From Opitutia bacterium (GTDB lineage Bacteria; Verrucomicrobiota; Verrucomicrobiia; Opitutales; T3Sed10-336), in NCBI GenBank assembly GCA_050506795.1, contig JBJHCF010000001.1:128001-192000 (forward strand): a stretch of 64,000 nt of DNA. The letters run 5' to 3'. A program made the position numbers and the translations under genes. This document shows positions 19,005-29,574 of this stretch, piece by piece (positions within the stretch are counted from its first letter, which is position 1; each line of letters opens with the position of its first letter). Under the pieces are notes generated by a model. That model had not been told where the DNA came from. It ran no database searches and saw nothing but the letters and a program-made list of their open reading frames with translations.

Positions 19005-20765
19005 ATGGGAAACCCAAGCACCGAATCCGTCTCAATCGAGGAAAAGCTGGAACAGGATCGTAGACTGATTCTCGAGGCCAAAGGCGCTGGCCAGAAATTC
19101 AAGGCTTTTATGCGGTTGAGCGGTCCGGGTTGGCTCCAGAGCGCCATTACGCTGGGCGGAGGCTCCCTGGCGGGAGGTTTGTTTCTGGGGCACATGGCCG
19201 GCTATTCGGCCATGTGGGTCCAACCGTTGGCGATGCTGATGGGTGTGATTATGCTTTCGGCCATCGGTTACGTGACCCTCTCCACGGGAGAGCGGCCTTT
19301 TGACGCCATCAACCGTCACATCAACCCGGTCCTGGGGTGGGGCTGGATCGTTGCCACCATGCTGGCCAAAATGGTGTGGTGCATGCCCCAGTACGGCCTG
19401 GGGACCGCCGCTTTACAGGAGAATCTGGGTATTCCCGACACCGAAGCCTGGCGCCTGGTCGCCACCTGTATCCTGGCCCTGGTTGCCGGGGTGGTGGTGT
19501 GGTTTTATAACACCGGAAGCAAGGGGATTCAGATCTTTGAGATCATCATCAAGGTGATGGTGGCGATCATCGTTTTGAGTTTTGTCGGGGTCGTGCTGGC
19601 GCTCGCCGTAGCGGGCGATTTGCCCTGGGGCCGGATTTTCACCGGACTGGTGCCCAACTTCGGCCTGCTGTTTTCTCCGGCCGCGACCTTGATGGAGTCC
19701 ATCGAGATGGTTCCGGGAATGGGGGCGCAGTTCTGGACAGATTATGTGGTCGGAGGGCAGCGCGACCGGATGATCACCGTGGCCGCGACGGCGGTCGGGA
19801 TCAATATGACTTTCCTGCTGCCTTACTCGATGCTGGCCCGCAAGTGGGACAAGGATTTTCGCGGGATGGCGATCTTCGACCTGGCGACGGCGTTGTTCCT
19901 GCCCTTTATTGTGGTGACCGCCTGTATCGTCATCGCCGCCACTCACCAATTACACAATCAACCCGCCCCCGGCTTACTGAACGATAGCGAGATCGGCGAA
20001 GAGGTGGTCGTGGCGGATCCTGGAGTGGTCGCTCGTTTCGAGCGGCTCCTGAACAATCGCGTTTTGTGGGAGATGCAAACCGTCGAACCGGAGCTCCACG
20101 CCCAACTGGCGGAGGACCCGGAGGCCCTGGCGGCCGCGATCGCCGAACGCCGGCAGGCACTTCCCGACGAGGACCTGCGATTGGCCGCCATCGTGGTCGA
20201 TCGGGATGCCTGGGACTTGGCCCGCGCCCTCGAGCCCTTGACCGGTTCCCTGGTGGCCCAGTATGTCTTCGGCGCCGGAGTGTTGGGGGTGGCGCTCTCA
20301 ACCCTGGTGATTTTGATGGTGATCAACGGATTCGCTTTCGCGGAAATGTTCGGAAAACCCGGCAGCCTGTTTTACAACCGCCTCGGAGCATTGGTCGTGC
20401 TGGTGATCGGCGCCGTTGGCTCCCTGACTCTGTGGCAGGATGAAGCGCGCTATTTCCTGGTTATTCCCACCAGTGTATTCGGTATGATGCTCGCGCCCAT
20501 CGCTTACCTGGCCTTCTTCGCGATGATGAACAATCCGAAGTTAATGGGATCATACATGCCCACGGGAGCCCGCCGGGTGCGCTGGAATATCCTGATGGGT
20601 CTGGCGGTGGCGTTTGCGGTGATTGCGGCGTGCCTGGCGCTATGGAGCCAGGACCGTCCTTTCCCCGGCACCAATATCGAAACCCGCTTCCTCGGGATCG
20701 GAGTTATCGTCGTCCTGGTCGCGCTGGCGACCGTGATTCACCGCCGCCGCCGGCGGGTTGTTTGA
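19005..20765 (+). CDS. NRAMP/SLC11-like divalent metal or solute transporter
   Basis: GPGWLQSAITLGGGS, AVGINMTF; about 12 TM helices with a large loop insertion. Confidence 0.82.
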   Translation: MGNPSTESVSIEEKLEQDRRLILEAKGAGQKFKAFMRLSGPGWLQSAITLGGGSLAGGLFLGHMAGYSAMWVQPLAMLMGVIMLSAIGYVTLSTGERPFDAINRHINPVLGWGWIVATMLAKMVWCMPQYGLGTAALQENLGIPDTEAWRLVATCILALVAGVVVWFYNTGSKGIQIFEIIIKVMVAIIVLSFVGVVLALAVAGDLPWGRIFTGLVPNFGLLFSPAATLMESIEMVPGMGAQFWTDYVVGGQRDRMITVAATAVGINMTFLLPYSMLARKWDKDFRGMAIFDLATALFLPFIVVTACIVIAATHQLHNQPAPGLLNDSEIGEEVVVADPGVVARFERLLNNRVLWEMQTVEPELHAQLAEDPEALAAAIAERRQALPDEDLRLAAIVVDRDAWDLARALEPLTGSLVAQYVFGAGVLGVALSTLVILMVINGFAFAEMFGKPGSLFYNRLGALVVLVIGAVGSLTLWQDEARYFLVIPTSVFGMMLAPIAYLAFFAMMNNPKLMGSYMPTGARRVRWNILMGLAVAFAVIAACLALWSQDRPFPGTNIETRFLGIGVIVVLVALATVIHRRRRRVV

Positions 20766-20863
20766 GGCGCCGTGGCCCGGGTTGCCGGGTTAGCGTCATT
20801 CAACCAGGCTCGCCTTCGTGAGCACTCCCCGGCCCGAGCTTGTTATGGGCGCGACCTCTATTG

Positions 20864-22813
20864 TCACCGTACCACGACCTTGGCGCGGACGTCGGCACCG
20901 GCATTTTGCAGGATGAAGGTAATGAGCGCGGTTCCGGTCCAGCCCGGTGGAGCGTGGCCGGTAACGTCGATTTCGAATTCGGCGCTGTTCGTCACCCGGA
21001 CCACTTCATCGTTTCGTGGACGGGCGCCCCAGGGAACGGTGGCCCAGCGGCGGGGACTGTAGAGCTCGGTGCCATCGTTGTGGGGGCCGTGAAAGAGCAC
21101 GGAATGGGCGTATTGATTGTCGACCTCGTAATCCAGGCGCATTCCCAGCAGACTATTTGCGTCCAGCTTTCGAAGCTCGCCGTCAACCGTTATGGATATC
21201 GAGAGCTTCTCGGGCAGATCCCTGGCGATAACTCCCACCATCGACTGCCCCCATTCTTCTCCGGCCATTCCCAGACGAGCGGTCCAGGTGCGGCGATCGA
21301 AGTCGGCGTAGGACCGCTTTCTCCTGTCCGGGTAGTAGTGCAGGACCCGTAGAGGGACCGCAACTTCCTCCGGAGCGAAATGGATGGGCTCGGTTTGGTC
21401 GTCGGCTTCAATGTAAACGACGCCGCCATCGGGCACATCGCCTGACCAGCTGAAATCCGACATGGCGACCCCTTCGTGCGTTTCGACCGGGACCAGTTCC
21501 TCGTTCGCGGGGTTATCGCCCCAGCTGGCATGGTCCGCGTCGATCCGATAAATCCGGACATCGCCGCTTTCAAACGGCACGTGCTTCAGATCCAGCCTGA
21601 ACGGATGGCCGGCGCCCGACCGGTTCCAGATCACAAGAGCGGCCTTGTGGTCATCCGACGAGGCCATTCCTCCAACACCCGGCGGCCCATCCACCGACAC
21701 CAGGCGTCTGTCCACCGGCATCATATTGTAAATTCTGTACCCGTTGAAGACCGCCTTGCGGTGACCGCTCACGCTGATAATGCCCGACCAGTTGCCTCCG
21801 GCCGTATCCATAAACTGCGCCCAATGCACCTTGGTGAGAGCGGGCTGCGAGATGAAGTAGGCGTAGTCGCTGAGCATTTCCGAAGCCAGGTGGTGTTTTT
21901 GTTGAGGACCGTCTTCGGGATAATTGATGGGAAGGGCGTTGTACTCATTCAGGTGCATCTCGGTGGTCGCCAGTTCCGGACGCAGGTCCAGTTTGTGCCG
22001 CACCATATCGATGACGTCCCGAACATTTCCCGCCTCGTAGGGATTGCCCGGGTAAAAGTGAAACGAAAAGAAATCGAGCGGCAGGCCGTTCTCCGTCACC
22101 CGGTCGAGAAACGGATCCACCCAGGAATCCCTAAAGGCCAGCGCGGGGCCGCCGACTCTGGCATCCGGCGCCACCTCCCTGATGGCCGTCACCGCCCACT
22201 CATACATATCGAGGTAATCCTCTTTTGTGCCCAAAAAGAAATCCGCGTTGTCCGGCTCGTTGTAGATCTCATGGTAACCGTTGAACTCACCGCTCTCGTG
22301 AAGGTGGCGGGCAACGGTTCCAATGACCTCGGCCCAGACGTCGAGATCCGAAGGCGGGTGTCGGAAGTTCTGACCCGGCTGGACGAGATTCTCCGGGACA
22401 TAACTGTAGCTCCAGTACGGCTTGACGTCCTGGGATCTCAGTATTTCCAAAAACTCGTCCACCTGCCGAAAGTCATATTCAATCTCCGGAGGCGTGCCGG
22501 AGATCATCGGCGGATTGTGAAAGATAATGCCCCGAGGCGACCCGAGCCCTCCGTCGAATCTCAAAGAATCCGGGCGGACTTCTCCGAAAAGATGAAGATC
22601 CCGCCGGTAGGCGCCGAGGTACCTCGGAACGTATCCGGAGTTGTAGACGCCGAATTTCGTTTTCACCAGGGGGTAATCGACCCAGGTGCTGAAGTCCGCA
22701 GTGACCTTCACCGGTTGCCTTTCGTTGTGCTCCGGATCCTGCTGTCCGGCAAGCGCTGATGTCGCCGCGAAAGGAGCCAGGGCGAAGGCTGTGATCCACA
22801 GGATCGCGCTCAT
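20864..22813 (-). CDS. secreted GH39-like (clan GH-A) glycoside hydrolase
   Basis: Signal peptide; EIYNEPD (acid/base), VGGPA, DFFSFH, LNEYN (nucleophile); ATGA overlap with the upstream gene. Confidence 0.8.
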   Translation of the reverse strand: MSAILWITAFALAPFAATSALAGQQDPEHNERQPVKVTADFSTWVDYPLVKTKFGVYNSGYVPRYLGAYRRDLHLFGEVRPDSLRFDGGLGSPRGIIFHNPPMISGTPPEIEYDFRQVDEFLEILRSQDVKPYWSYSYVPENLVQPGQNFRHPPSDLDVWAEVIGTVARHLHESGEFNGYHEIYNEPDNADFFLGTKEDYLDMYEWAVTAIREVAPDARVGGPALAFRDSWVDPFLDRVTENGLPLDFFSFHFYPGNPYEAGNVRDVIDMVRHKLDLRPELATTEMHLNEYNALPINYPEDGPQQKHHLASEMLSDYAYFISQPALTKVHWAQFMDTAGGNWSGIISVSGHRKAVFNGYRIYNMMPVDRRLVSVDGPPGVGGMASSDDHKAALVIWNRSGAGHPFRLDLKHVPFESGDVRIYRIDADHASWGDNPANEELVPVETHEGVAMSDFSWSGDVPDGGVVYIEADDQTEPIHFAPEEVAVPLRVLHYYPDRRKRSYADFDRRTWTARLGMAGEEWGQSMVGVIARDLPEKLSISITVDGELRKLDANSLLGMRLDYEVDNQYAHSVLFHGPHNDGTELYSPRRWATVPWGARPRNDEVVRVTNSAEFEIDVTGHAPPGWTGTALITFILQNAGADVRAKVVVR

Positions 22814-23220
22814 TGCTGCCGTGCCCTCCAGTATTCCCAGCCTCCGGACAGCACGTGAACATTCTCCAACCCCGCTTCGATGCGCAGCCTTTGCGCCACT
22901 TGCTCGCTGTCCAGGCATCGGAGGACACTGCAATACACAACGATCTTGGGCGCGTCGAGTTCGACCAATCGATCAAAGAACTCGCTTATGAGGTCGTCCC
23001 ACTCAAACTCGTTAAGGAGAACGGCGCCCGGAATGTGCCCTGCTTCGTAGGCTTCCCGAGAACGTGTGTCCACCCAGAGGATTTCGGCGTTCCACGCCTC
23101 AACCGTTGCCAGGTTCACGTGGCCCTCGGGGAGAGGCGTGTGCGACCAGGAAGGCGCGCCGGGATGCAGGAGCGCCGTGCCCGCAGCCCCCAAAAGGGGC
23201 AGGAACAAGAGGATCAGCAT
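22810..23220 (-). CDS. membrane-anchored rhodanese-like domain protein
   Basis: WVDTR, YEAGHIPGA, VVYCSVLRC, LSGGW; N-terminal TM helix; start uncertain. Confidence 0.82.
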   Translation of the reverse strand: MLILLFLPLLGAAGTALLHPGAPSWSHTPLPEGHVNLATVEAWNAEILWVDTRSREAYEAGHIPGAVLLNEFEWDDLISEFFDRLVELDAPKIVVYCSVLRCLDSEQVAQRLRIEAGLENVHVLSGGWEYWRARQQ

Positions 23221-23428
23221 ATTCCGCAGTGTTCGCGTGTATGCCTCGGGCCACGTTCGAGTAATTCGTTCATCGGACGGATCTACATAACGCACGACGC
23301 CGATCTTACCGGGTCCACCGGAAAACACAAGCGAATGCCGTTATCCGGGCATGACGGAAGCGGGATTCCCGCGCGGAGACAGCCTCCCAGGTTCAGAATG
23401 GAAATAAGGTCTATGATCGTAAGCCGTT

Positions 23429-25837
23429 TTACAAATCCGCCTTCGAAACGCTCCACTCGAAAAGGCCGGAAGAGAAATGGGCGGGGAGTTTGACCTCGAG
23501 GCGGAGGGCATTGGTTGTGATGGGCTGGAAGCTGACTCGGCTCCATTGATCAATGTCGATCGAATAGACTTCGCGCGCGTTCACTGGTATCCATTCGTCA
23601 CCTTCGCGATAAAGAATGCGCCATTCTTCGGGGAGGCGGCAACCGCCTCCGATATTGCGGTCGTCGAACCAGTACACCTGGGATCCGGTGACGGTGGTGG
23701 GCTCGCGGAAATCGTATTGGATCCATTCTGTGGTGTTCTGCTGCGGCCACCAATGGAAAAAGGGAACGGAATGGTCGCCGGAATATCGGGGTTCGAGTTG
23801 ATTGTTCACCGCATCGAGCCCAGACCCTCCGGATGCCGTCACGCGGCTGGTCGAGGCGAGCGTCGGGCTTGGTTGGGGTCGCGCGGATTCGGGCGTTCGT
23901 GCCAGCCAGACCTGCATCGGGCTCGGTCCGCGATGCGCCCATGCATAATAGGGGATCGCCGTAAATGGCACGCTGGCGGCGACCCGGGGCGTTTGGTCCT
24001 GGGAACGGACCACGATCCGGGCTTGTCCGTTGAGAACCTGAACGCCGCCGAGCAATCCGGCGCGAAATTCGCTTTCGAAGGGAGTGTCGTCTTCGATCAT
24101 CAGATCGAGCACGTTGCCGTCGTGGTTGTCGATTCCTTCGGCACAGAAAACAATGGGGCCGCGCTGCAGGGCCACTCTTCCATCGGCAGCGACTACATTT
24201 TCGATTGCTCCGATGCGACGGACCGGCATCGGGAGGTCGAGTTCAACCGTGTCTCCCGCTTTCCATTCACGCTCGATCTGCGCGTATCCATTGACCAGGC
24301 TGATCTCGATGGGCACGTCGTTGACCCGGAGCTGCGGAGCCGCCGGGTCTTCGTCGAGAAAACGATAGAGATCGCCCGCAATCACTTCGCCGCGCGCCCA
24401 GCCGGGGATGCGGAGGTTGAGAGTGAATGGAGTCGTTCGATCGGGGGTGACGGTCAACCTGACGGCGCCGTCCCACGGATAGCGGGTTTCCTGCCGGATC
24501 ACCATCCCTCCGGCATTCGCCTCGATCCGTGCGCTACTTTCCATGAAGAGGTTAATGTAAACGTCATGCCCGGAATGCGCATAAACGAGACCCGGAATGA
24601 GGGGCATGAAACGGACGACGTTCGAGGGGCAGCACGAGCAATCGAACCAGCGTGACCGTTGCGCCCCCCGGAACGACTCGAGGCGGTTCGGGTAGAAAAA
24701 CCGGTCTCCCTCGATGGATACCCCGGAAAGAAGGGCGTTATAGAGGACACGCTCCGCGAGATCCACGTAACGCGCGTCGCCGTGCAAACGGAACATGCGT
24801 TCGTTCCACATCACATGGCCGATTGAACCGCAGGTTTCGCTGTAGGCGGTGAGGTTTGGCAGATCGTAGGGCGGGCCGAAGCCCTCGTTGCCGCCGGACG
24901 ATCCGATACCGCCGGTAACGTACTGTTTTGAACCGGTGGTGTTTTCCCACAGTTGCTGGAGGGCTTGCAGGAAGCCGTCGTTCCCGGTGAGCGCAGCGAC
25001 GTCGGCCATTCCGGAGTATTGGTAAACCGCGCGAACGGAATGACCCACGGCCTCGCTCTGTTCGGCGACCGGCAAGTGGTCCTGAGAGTATTCCCCGAAC
25101 AGTCGGCGACCGAGGGGGTTGCCCCGGGCGTTCAGGAAAGCTTCAGCAAGGTCAAGGTACCTTTGCTCGCCGGTCACACGGTAAAGACGCACGAGCCCCA
25201 TTTCTATCTGCTGGTGTTCGGGGGGATGGTGCAGCGGCCCGTTTACAGGATTGTAATCGAGGGCGACGCGGTCGGCGGCACGGATGGCAACCTCGAGAAG
25301 CGCGCGTTTGCCGGTCATCTGATAATGAACCGCACCGGCTTCGATCAGGTGTCCAATGGAATACAGCTCGTGCCGGTGAGGGTTTTGCCAGCGGTCCTCG
25401 TCCGTGGTCATGGTGATGAAGGGGTGCAGGTACCCGTCCTCTTCCTGAGCGGCGGCGATCGTGGCGATCAGGTCGTCCACATACGCGTCGAGGGCAGGAT
25501 CAGGAGTGGCGGCCAGAATGTACGATGCGGCTTCGATCACTTTGTAGACGTCCGAATCGTTGAAGTGGAATCCCTCGTACTCCCCGCCATCCAGGCCGGC
25601 GGCACGCGCAAAATTCGCGATCCTTCCGGTTTCTTCGCACAACGCGAAGGAATGGGGGAGCGTTATCGTCCGATTGGTTTCGAGCCGGTCCGCCCAAAAA
25701 CCTGGAGCGAGTTCGACATCGGTAAACGGGACGTTCTGAATTGGGTAGTCTGCCCAGGCTTCCTGAATCGGCAGGGCGCAAAGTGCGAGGATCAAAACTG
25801 CCGCGGTCCGGGCCGCGAAGCGCTTACGGTTGATCAT
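23429..25837 (-). CDS. GH127 beta-L-arabinofuranosidase-like protein with C-terminal F5/8-like domain
   Basis: FNDSDVYK, HELY, GHSVRA, NEGF, YSETCGS, CSCCPSN; signal peptide. Confidence 0.92.
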   Translation of the reverse strand: MINRKRFAARTAAVLILALCALPIQEAWADYPIQNVPFTDVELAPGFWADRLETNRTITLPHSFALCEETGRIANFARAAGLDGGEYEGFHFNDSDVYKVIEAASYILAATPDPALDAYVDDLIATIAAAQEEDGYLHPFITMTTDEDRWQNPHRHELYSIGHLIEAGAVHYQMTGKRALLEVAIRAADRVALDYNPVNGPLHHPPEHQQIEMGLVRLYRVTGEQRYLDLAEAFLNARGNPLGRRLFGEYSQDHLPVAEQSEAVGHSVRAVYQYSGMADVAALTGNDGFLQALQQLWENTTGSKQYVTGGIGSSGGNEGFGPPYDLPNLTAYSETCGSIGHVMWNERMFRLHGDARYVDLAERVLYNALLSGVSIEGDRFFYPNRLESFRGAQRSRWFDCSCCPSNVVRFMPLIPGLVYAHSGHDVYINLFMESSARIEANAGGMVIRQETRYPWDGAVRLTVTPDRTTPFTLNLRIPGWARGEVIAGDLYRFLDEDPAAPQLRVNDVPIEISLVNGYAQIEREWKAGDTVELDLPMPVRRIGAIENVVAADGRVALQRGPIVFCAEGIDNHDGNVLDLMIEDDTPFESEFRAGLLGGVQVLNGQARIVVRSQDQTPRVAASVPFTAIPYYAWAHRGPSPMQVWLARTPESARPQPSPTLASTSRVTASGGSGLDAVNNQLEPRYSGDHSVPFFHWWPQQNTTEWIQYDFREPTTVTGSQVYWFDDRNIGGGCRLPEEWRILYREGDEWIPVNAREVYSIDIDQWSRVSFQPITTNALRLEVKLPAHFSSGLFEWSVSKADL

Positions 25838-25928
25838 AGGGATTCTCCCTTACCATCGGTTCACCTCGCCGGAAAGGAAAAAGAGAAACGCCCGGTTGCC
25901 CGCTTCGACGGAGTAAACGGTATTGCAT

Positions 25929-27770
25929 TCACCGATGTTTTCGAAAGAATGCGAGAAGGTCATCGTACATTGAAGAGGTAATCGTGTGCCCAACTCCGGG
26001 GTATACGATGAAGGTCGCATTTGCTCCGACCGAATTGTAAATGGATTCCGCCAGCGGCCAGCGGTTGGCCAGAAGCGGCTCGGAAGGCCAGTTCAGGAAT
26101 TGATTCACCAGATTCTTTTCTCCAGCAGTCATCCCTCGGGTGTCGAAAGCATCGTTGGTATCGGCGCCCCCGACGTAGATGTAAAGCGGCACCTGCCGAA
26201 AGGATTCGAGATTAAAGCTTTGGCCGGTCAGTGATTCGATGTCCTGAATACCCATTGGATACTTCAGAGGCGTTCCCTGCCAGGATCCGACCGGAGCAAG
26301 CGGCCAGCCTCCTGGTGAGCCGGGCGCCGCGGCTTTGATTCGTTGCGGATGGAGAAGGGTCAGGCGACTGGTGAAGGCTCCCGATGCGGAGAATCCCATG
26401 AGGAAGACTTTTTCGTCCACCATTATTCCGTCCCGGTTAAGTCGTTCAACCGCATCATCGATCATGGCCAGAAGCTGAAGGTCGATTCGTTCCAGACCAC
26501 GCCAGCCGGTATCGAGGCTGTAACGATCAAGCGCATGGATGTAGATTCCTCCGGGTTCGGGTGCGGGTGGCGAGACCGGCCTGGGGAATGCGGGAACGAG
26601 CAGAGGCGAGCCGAGCCTGATGGCGAACGAGGCTTGACGGTTTATTAGCTTGCGGGCCGCAGCTTCATGGAACCAGGGATCGTCGCTCACGGTTCCCGTG
26701 TTGTTCGGTTCGACGAGCAGCGTTGCCGGAGCTTCTATTGTCTGGGGTATCATGAGGAAATAGGGCCAGTAGAATCCGCTCTCCGGGTTTGAATCGATTC
26801 TTTGCACCGGTGGGTCGGCGGTTTTGAAGCTTAGAACATAATCGTCTGGAAGCAGTTCACCCGATATGGAACGGAAAAATATCGGTCGAAGATAAACTTC
26901 CTGCCCGTAATGAGGTGTGCCGGCCGTGCTCCGCCGCACGAAAGCGGTTTGCCGATCATTCGACCATTCAAGAGTCCACGGGTACCAACTCCTGCTTTCA
27001 AATCCACCGGTCGGCATCATCGGCTCGCTGAAGTGAAATTCAATGGTTTCGATCCATGGATCCACGTTGCGCTCGTTGTTGGGCGGAAAAGTCGAAACGA
27101 TCCGCAGGCCCGATGCGGGAGCCAAGGCGGTGGTGAAGGAGAAGGTGTACGGGGCGAGGGCAGCGCCGGCCAAGTCGGCAAACCCGCTGCCTTCGGGATT
27201 GAGCGTGAAGTTAAGCGTTGTCAGTTGGGGCAATTCCGAGGTTGTGTCAATTCGATGGATTTCCGCCGTACGGTGGTCGTCAGTCCAGGTCACAAACGAC
27301 GAGCCCCATTGGCCATCCGTTTGAATCGAAGCAGCACCGGACATTTTGCGGTTGAAGCTGACTCTCACTCGATCCAGGTCATTGGCCACCCCAGTGGTTT
27401 GATTTCGCGGTTCAGTGGCGACCACCAGAGGTGGGTTTGATCCGCGAGCGAGGATTATACGGAAGAAACGAGAATCCGGAACCGGGGAAACAACCGGCCC
27501 CGGCAGGACGGTTTCGTAACGGCCGGGCTGGACACACCAGATCGACACCCCATGCCAGGGCGTCCAGACCCCGTCGGGAGCGAGGCTTGAACGCTGTTCG
27601 ATTCCGTAAGGAGTAGGCGGTGAAGAATCGAAGAACACCACCCGAAGATTCCCGTCGGGAAGAAGCTCGACGTCCGATACCGTCAGTTCGGAACGCAGCG
27701 CGATCGAACCCGCAAGTACGAAAAAAAGAACCACCGCTAACACTCCGCCTCGTAGGGATGGCGTTGTCAT
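25929..27770 (-). CDS. secreted protein with two Ig-like (Big_5) domains and a C-terminal alpha/beta-hydrolase (esterase-like) domain
   Basis: Signal peptide; VVATEP..FNRKM and IVSTFP..FSEPM repeats; GFSASG nucleophile elbow, G-x-D-T-N-D, YPGVGH. Confidence 0.78.
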   Translation of the reverse strand: MTTPSLRGGVLAVVLFFVLAGSIALRSELTVSDVELLPDGNLRVVFFDSSPPTPYGIEQRSSLAPDGVWTPWHGVSIWCVQPGRYETVLPGPVVSPVPDSRFFRIILARGSNPPLVVATEPRNQTTGVANDLDRVRVSFNRKMSGAASIQTDGQWGSSFVTWTDDHRTAEIHRIDTTSELPQLTTLNFTLNPEGSGFADLAGAALAPYTFSFTTALAPASGLRIVSTFPPNNERNVDPWIETIEFHFSEPMMPTGGFESRSWYPWTLEWSNDRQTAFVRRSTAGTPHYGQEVYLRPIFFRSISGELLPDDYVLSFKTADPPVQRIDSNPESGFYWPYFLMIPQTIEAPATLLVEPNNTGTVSDDPWFHEAAARKLINRQASFAIRLGSPLLVPAFPRPVSPPAPEPGGIYIHALDRYSLDTGWRGLERIDLQLLAMIDDAVERLNRDGIMVDEKVFLMGFSASGAFTSRLTLLHPQRIKAAAPGSPGGWPLAPVGSWQGTPLKYPMGIQDIESLTGQSFNLESFRQVPLYIYVGGADTNDAFDTRGMTAGEKNLVNQFLNWPSEPLLANRWPLAESIYNSVGANATFIVYPGVGHTITSSMYDDLLAFFRKHR

Positions 27771-28031
27771 GGCACCTCCTGTAAATTCCGCTCAGGGAAT
27801 AACGGGAACATAGTGAACGGTGACCTTCATGGCAAGCGAAGGAGCAGTTCACAAACGGGTTATTAGAACCCCATACCGCGTTCAGTAGTGCAATCGTTTG
27901 TTCGGCGAAGTTCGAAGTCAAAGCCCTTCTTCTTCGGGCGGCGGCGGCGAAGCGTTTGGCTTAGACGTCATGGACGTTTCCCGTCGTCTTTTTGTGTGGA
28001 CTCGCCGGGGGGGGTGGCGTTGATTCTCGCT

Positions 28032-29441
28032 ATGGAGCATGAGCGGATTTTGCAACGTTTCGAGGAAGCCGGGCAGGGTCAGGTTTTTCGGTTTTGGAAC
28101 GACCTGAACTTATCCGAACGGGAAGGTCTGGTTGCCCAGGCGGCGGAGATTGATCTCGACGAGTTCGGGGGGTTGCTGGCCGGGGAGGGCGACCACGGAC
28201 TGGGCGACCTGAATTCGCTGGAGCCGGCGCCTTACGTACCGCTGCCCCCGGAGCCGGGACTGGACGCCGAGTGGTCGGCGGCCCGCAGGAAAGGCGAGGA
28301 GCTTTTGCGGGCCGGCAAGGTGGCCGCATTTACCGTCGCCGGGGGACAGGGAACCCGTCTCGGATTCGACGGACCCAAAGGCACGTTTCCGGTCACTCCG
28401 ATAAAAGGAAAATCCCTCTTCCATGTTTTCGCGGAGAAAATCCGGGCGGCGGAAACGCGCTATTCAACCGTCATTCCCTGGCTCGTCATGACCAGTCATG
28501 TTAACCACGATGCCACGGTGGCGTTCTTCGAAGAAAACGCCTATTTTGGACTGGATCGCGGGGCGGTGTATTTCTTTCGCCAGGGGCGTATGCCGGCGGT
28601 GGACCTCGACGGTCGGATTCTCCTGGAGTCCAAAGCGAGCATTGCCATGACTCCCGACGGTCACGGCGGGTCGCTGCGGGCCATGGTCCGGACGGGCGTT
28701 CTGGAAAAGCTGCGCGAGCGGGGGATCGAAGTGGTCAGCTACTTCCAGGTAGACAATCCCCTGGTGCGGGTGATCGATCCGTTCTTTATTGGTTTTCACG
28801 CCCTTTCGGGCTCCGAAATGTCCAGCAAGATGCTCCCGAAAGCCCATCCAGGAGAGAAGATCGGCGTTTTTTGCCGGCGCGCCGGCAAGACTCTGGTGGT
28901 GGAGTACAGCGACCTGCCCGATGCGGTGGCACGGGCGGAAGACGACCAGGGCCGTGTGCGTTTCCTGGCCGGCAGTATTGCCATTCACCTGCTGGATCTC
29001 GATTTTGTCGGCCGGGTGGCGGGCGCCGGAGGCGCCTTGCCGTTTCACCGGGCGCGCAAGAAGGTGCCCCACGTCGACGCGACCGGCGCGCCGGTCAAAC
29101 CGGCGGAACCCAACGCCATCAAATTCGAGATGTTCGTCTTTGACGCTCTGCCGCAAGCCGCCAATCCCCTGGTGTTGGAAACGGCGCGTCAGGTCGAATT
29201 CAGTCCGGTCAAGAACGCGACCGGCGACGATTCCAGGGAAACTTGCACCCGCGACCAGTTGCGCCAGTTCGCCCGGTGGTTTCGGGCTGCCGGAGTCGAA
29301 ATGGAGGTGGACCCTGAAGGTCGGCCTTCCGCGACGATCGAAGTCAGTCCGCTTTTCGCCGTCGATGAAGAAAGCTTCCGGGAGTCCTGGAACCGGCTTC
29401 CGGAAAAGCCGGAGATCCGCCCGGGCCTTTATCTCGAGTGA
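28032..29441 (+). CDS. UDP-N-acetylhexosamine pyrophosphorylase (eukaryote-type UDPGP type 1/UAP family)
   Basis: AGGQGTRLGFDGPKG, PDGHGG, QVDNPL, VEYSD, KFEMFVFD, EFSPVKN. Confidence 0.92.
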   Translation: MEHERILQRFEEAGQGQVFRFWNDLNLSEREGLVAQAAEIDLDEFGGLLAGEGDHGLGDLNSLEPAPYVPLPPEPGLDAEWSAARRKGEELLRAGKVAAFTVAGGQGTRLGFDGPKGTFPVTPIKGKSLFHVFAEKIRAAETRYSTVIPWLVMTSHVNHDATVAFFEENAYFGLDRGAVYFFRQGRMPAVDLDGRILLESKASIAMTPDGHGGSLRAMVRTGVLEKLRERGIEVVSYFQVDNPLVRVIDPFFIGFHALSGSEMSSKMLPKAHPGEKIGVFCRRAGKTLVVEYSDLPDAVARAEDDQGRVRFLAGSIAIHLLDLDFVGRVAGAGGALPFHRARKKVPHVDATGAPVKPAEPNAIKFEMFVFDALPQAANPLVLETARQVEFSPVKNATGDDSRETCTRDQLRQFARWFRAAGVEMEVDPEGRPSATIEVSPLFAVDEESFRESWNRLPEKPEIRPGLYLE

Positions 29442-29574
29442 GGCGGTGTCTGGGTTATAACCACCAGGAAGACCGAGATGGCAAAAGGGGACCGGGCTGG
29501 GCCAAAGGCGTGCGACGTTTCCTCATTCACTTCAACCTTTTAACCACGCCCATTCTTTTGCATAACTGACACTC

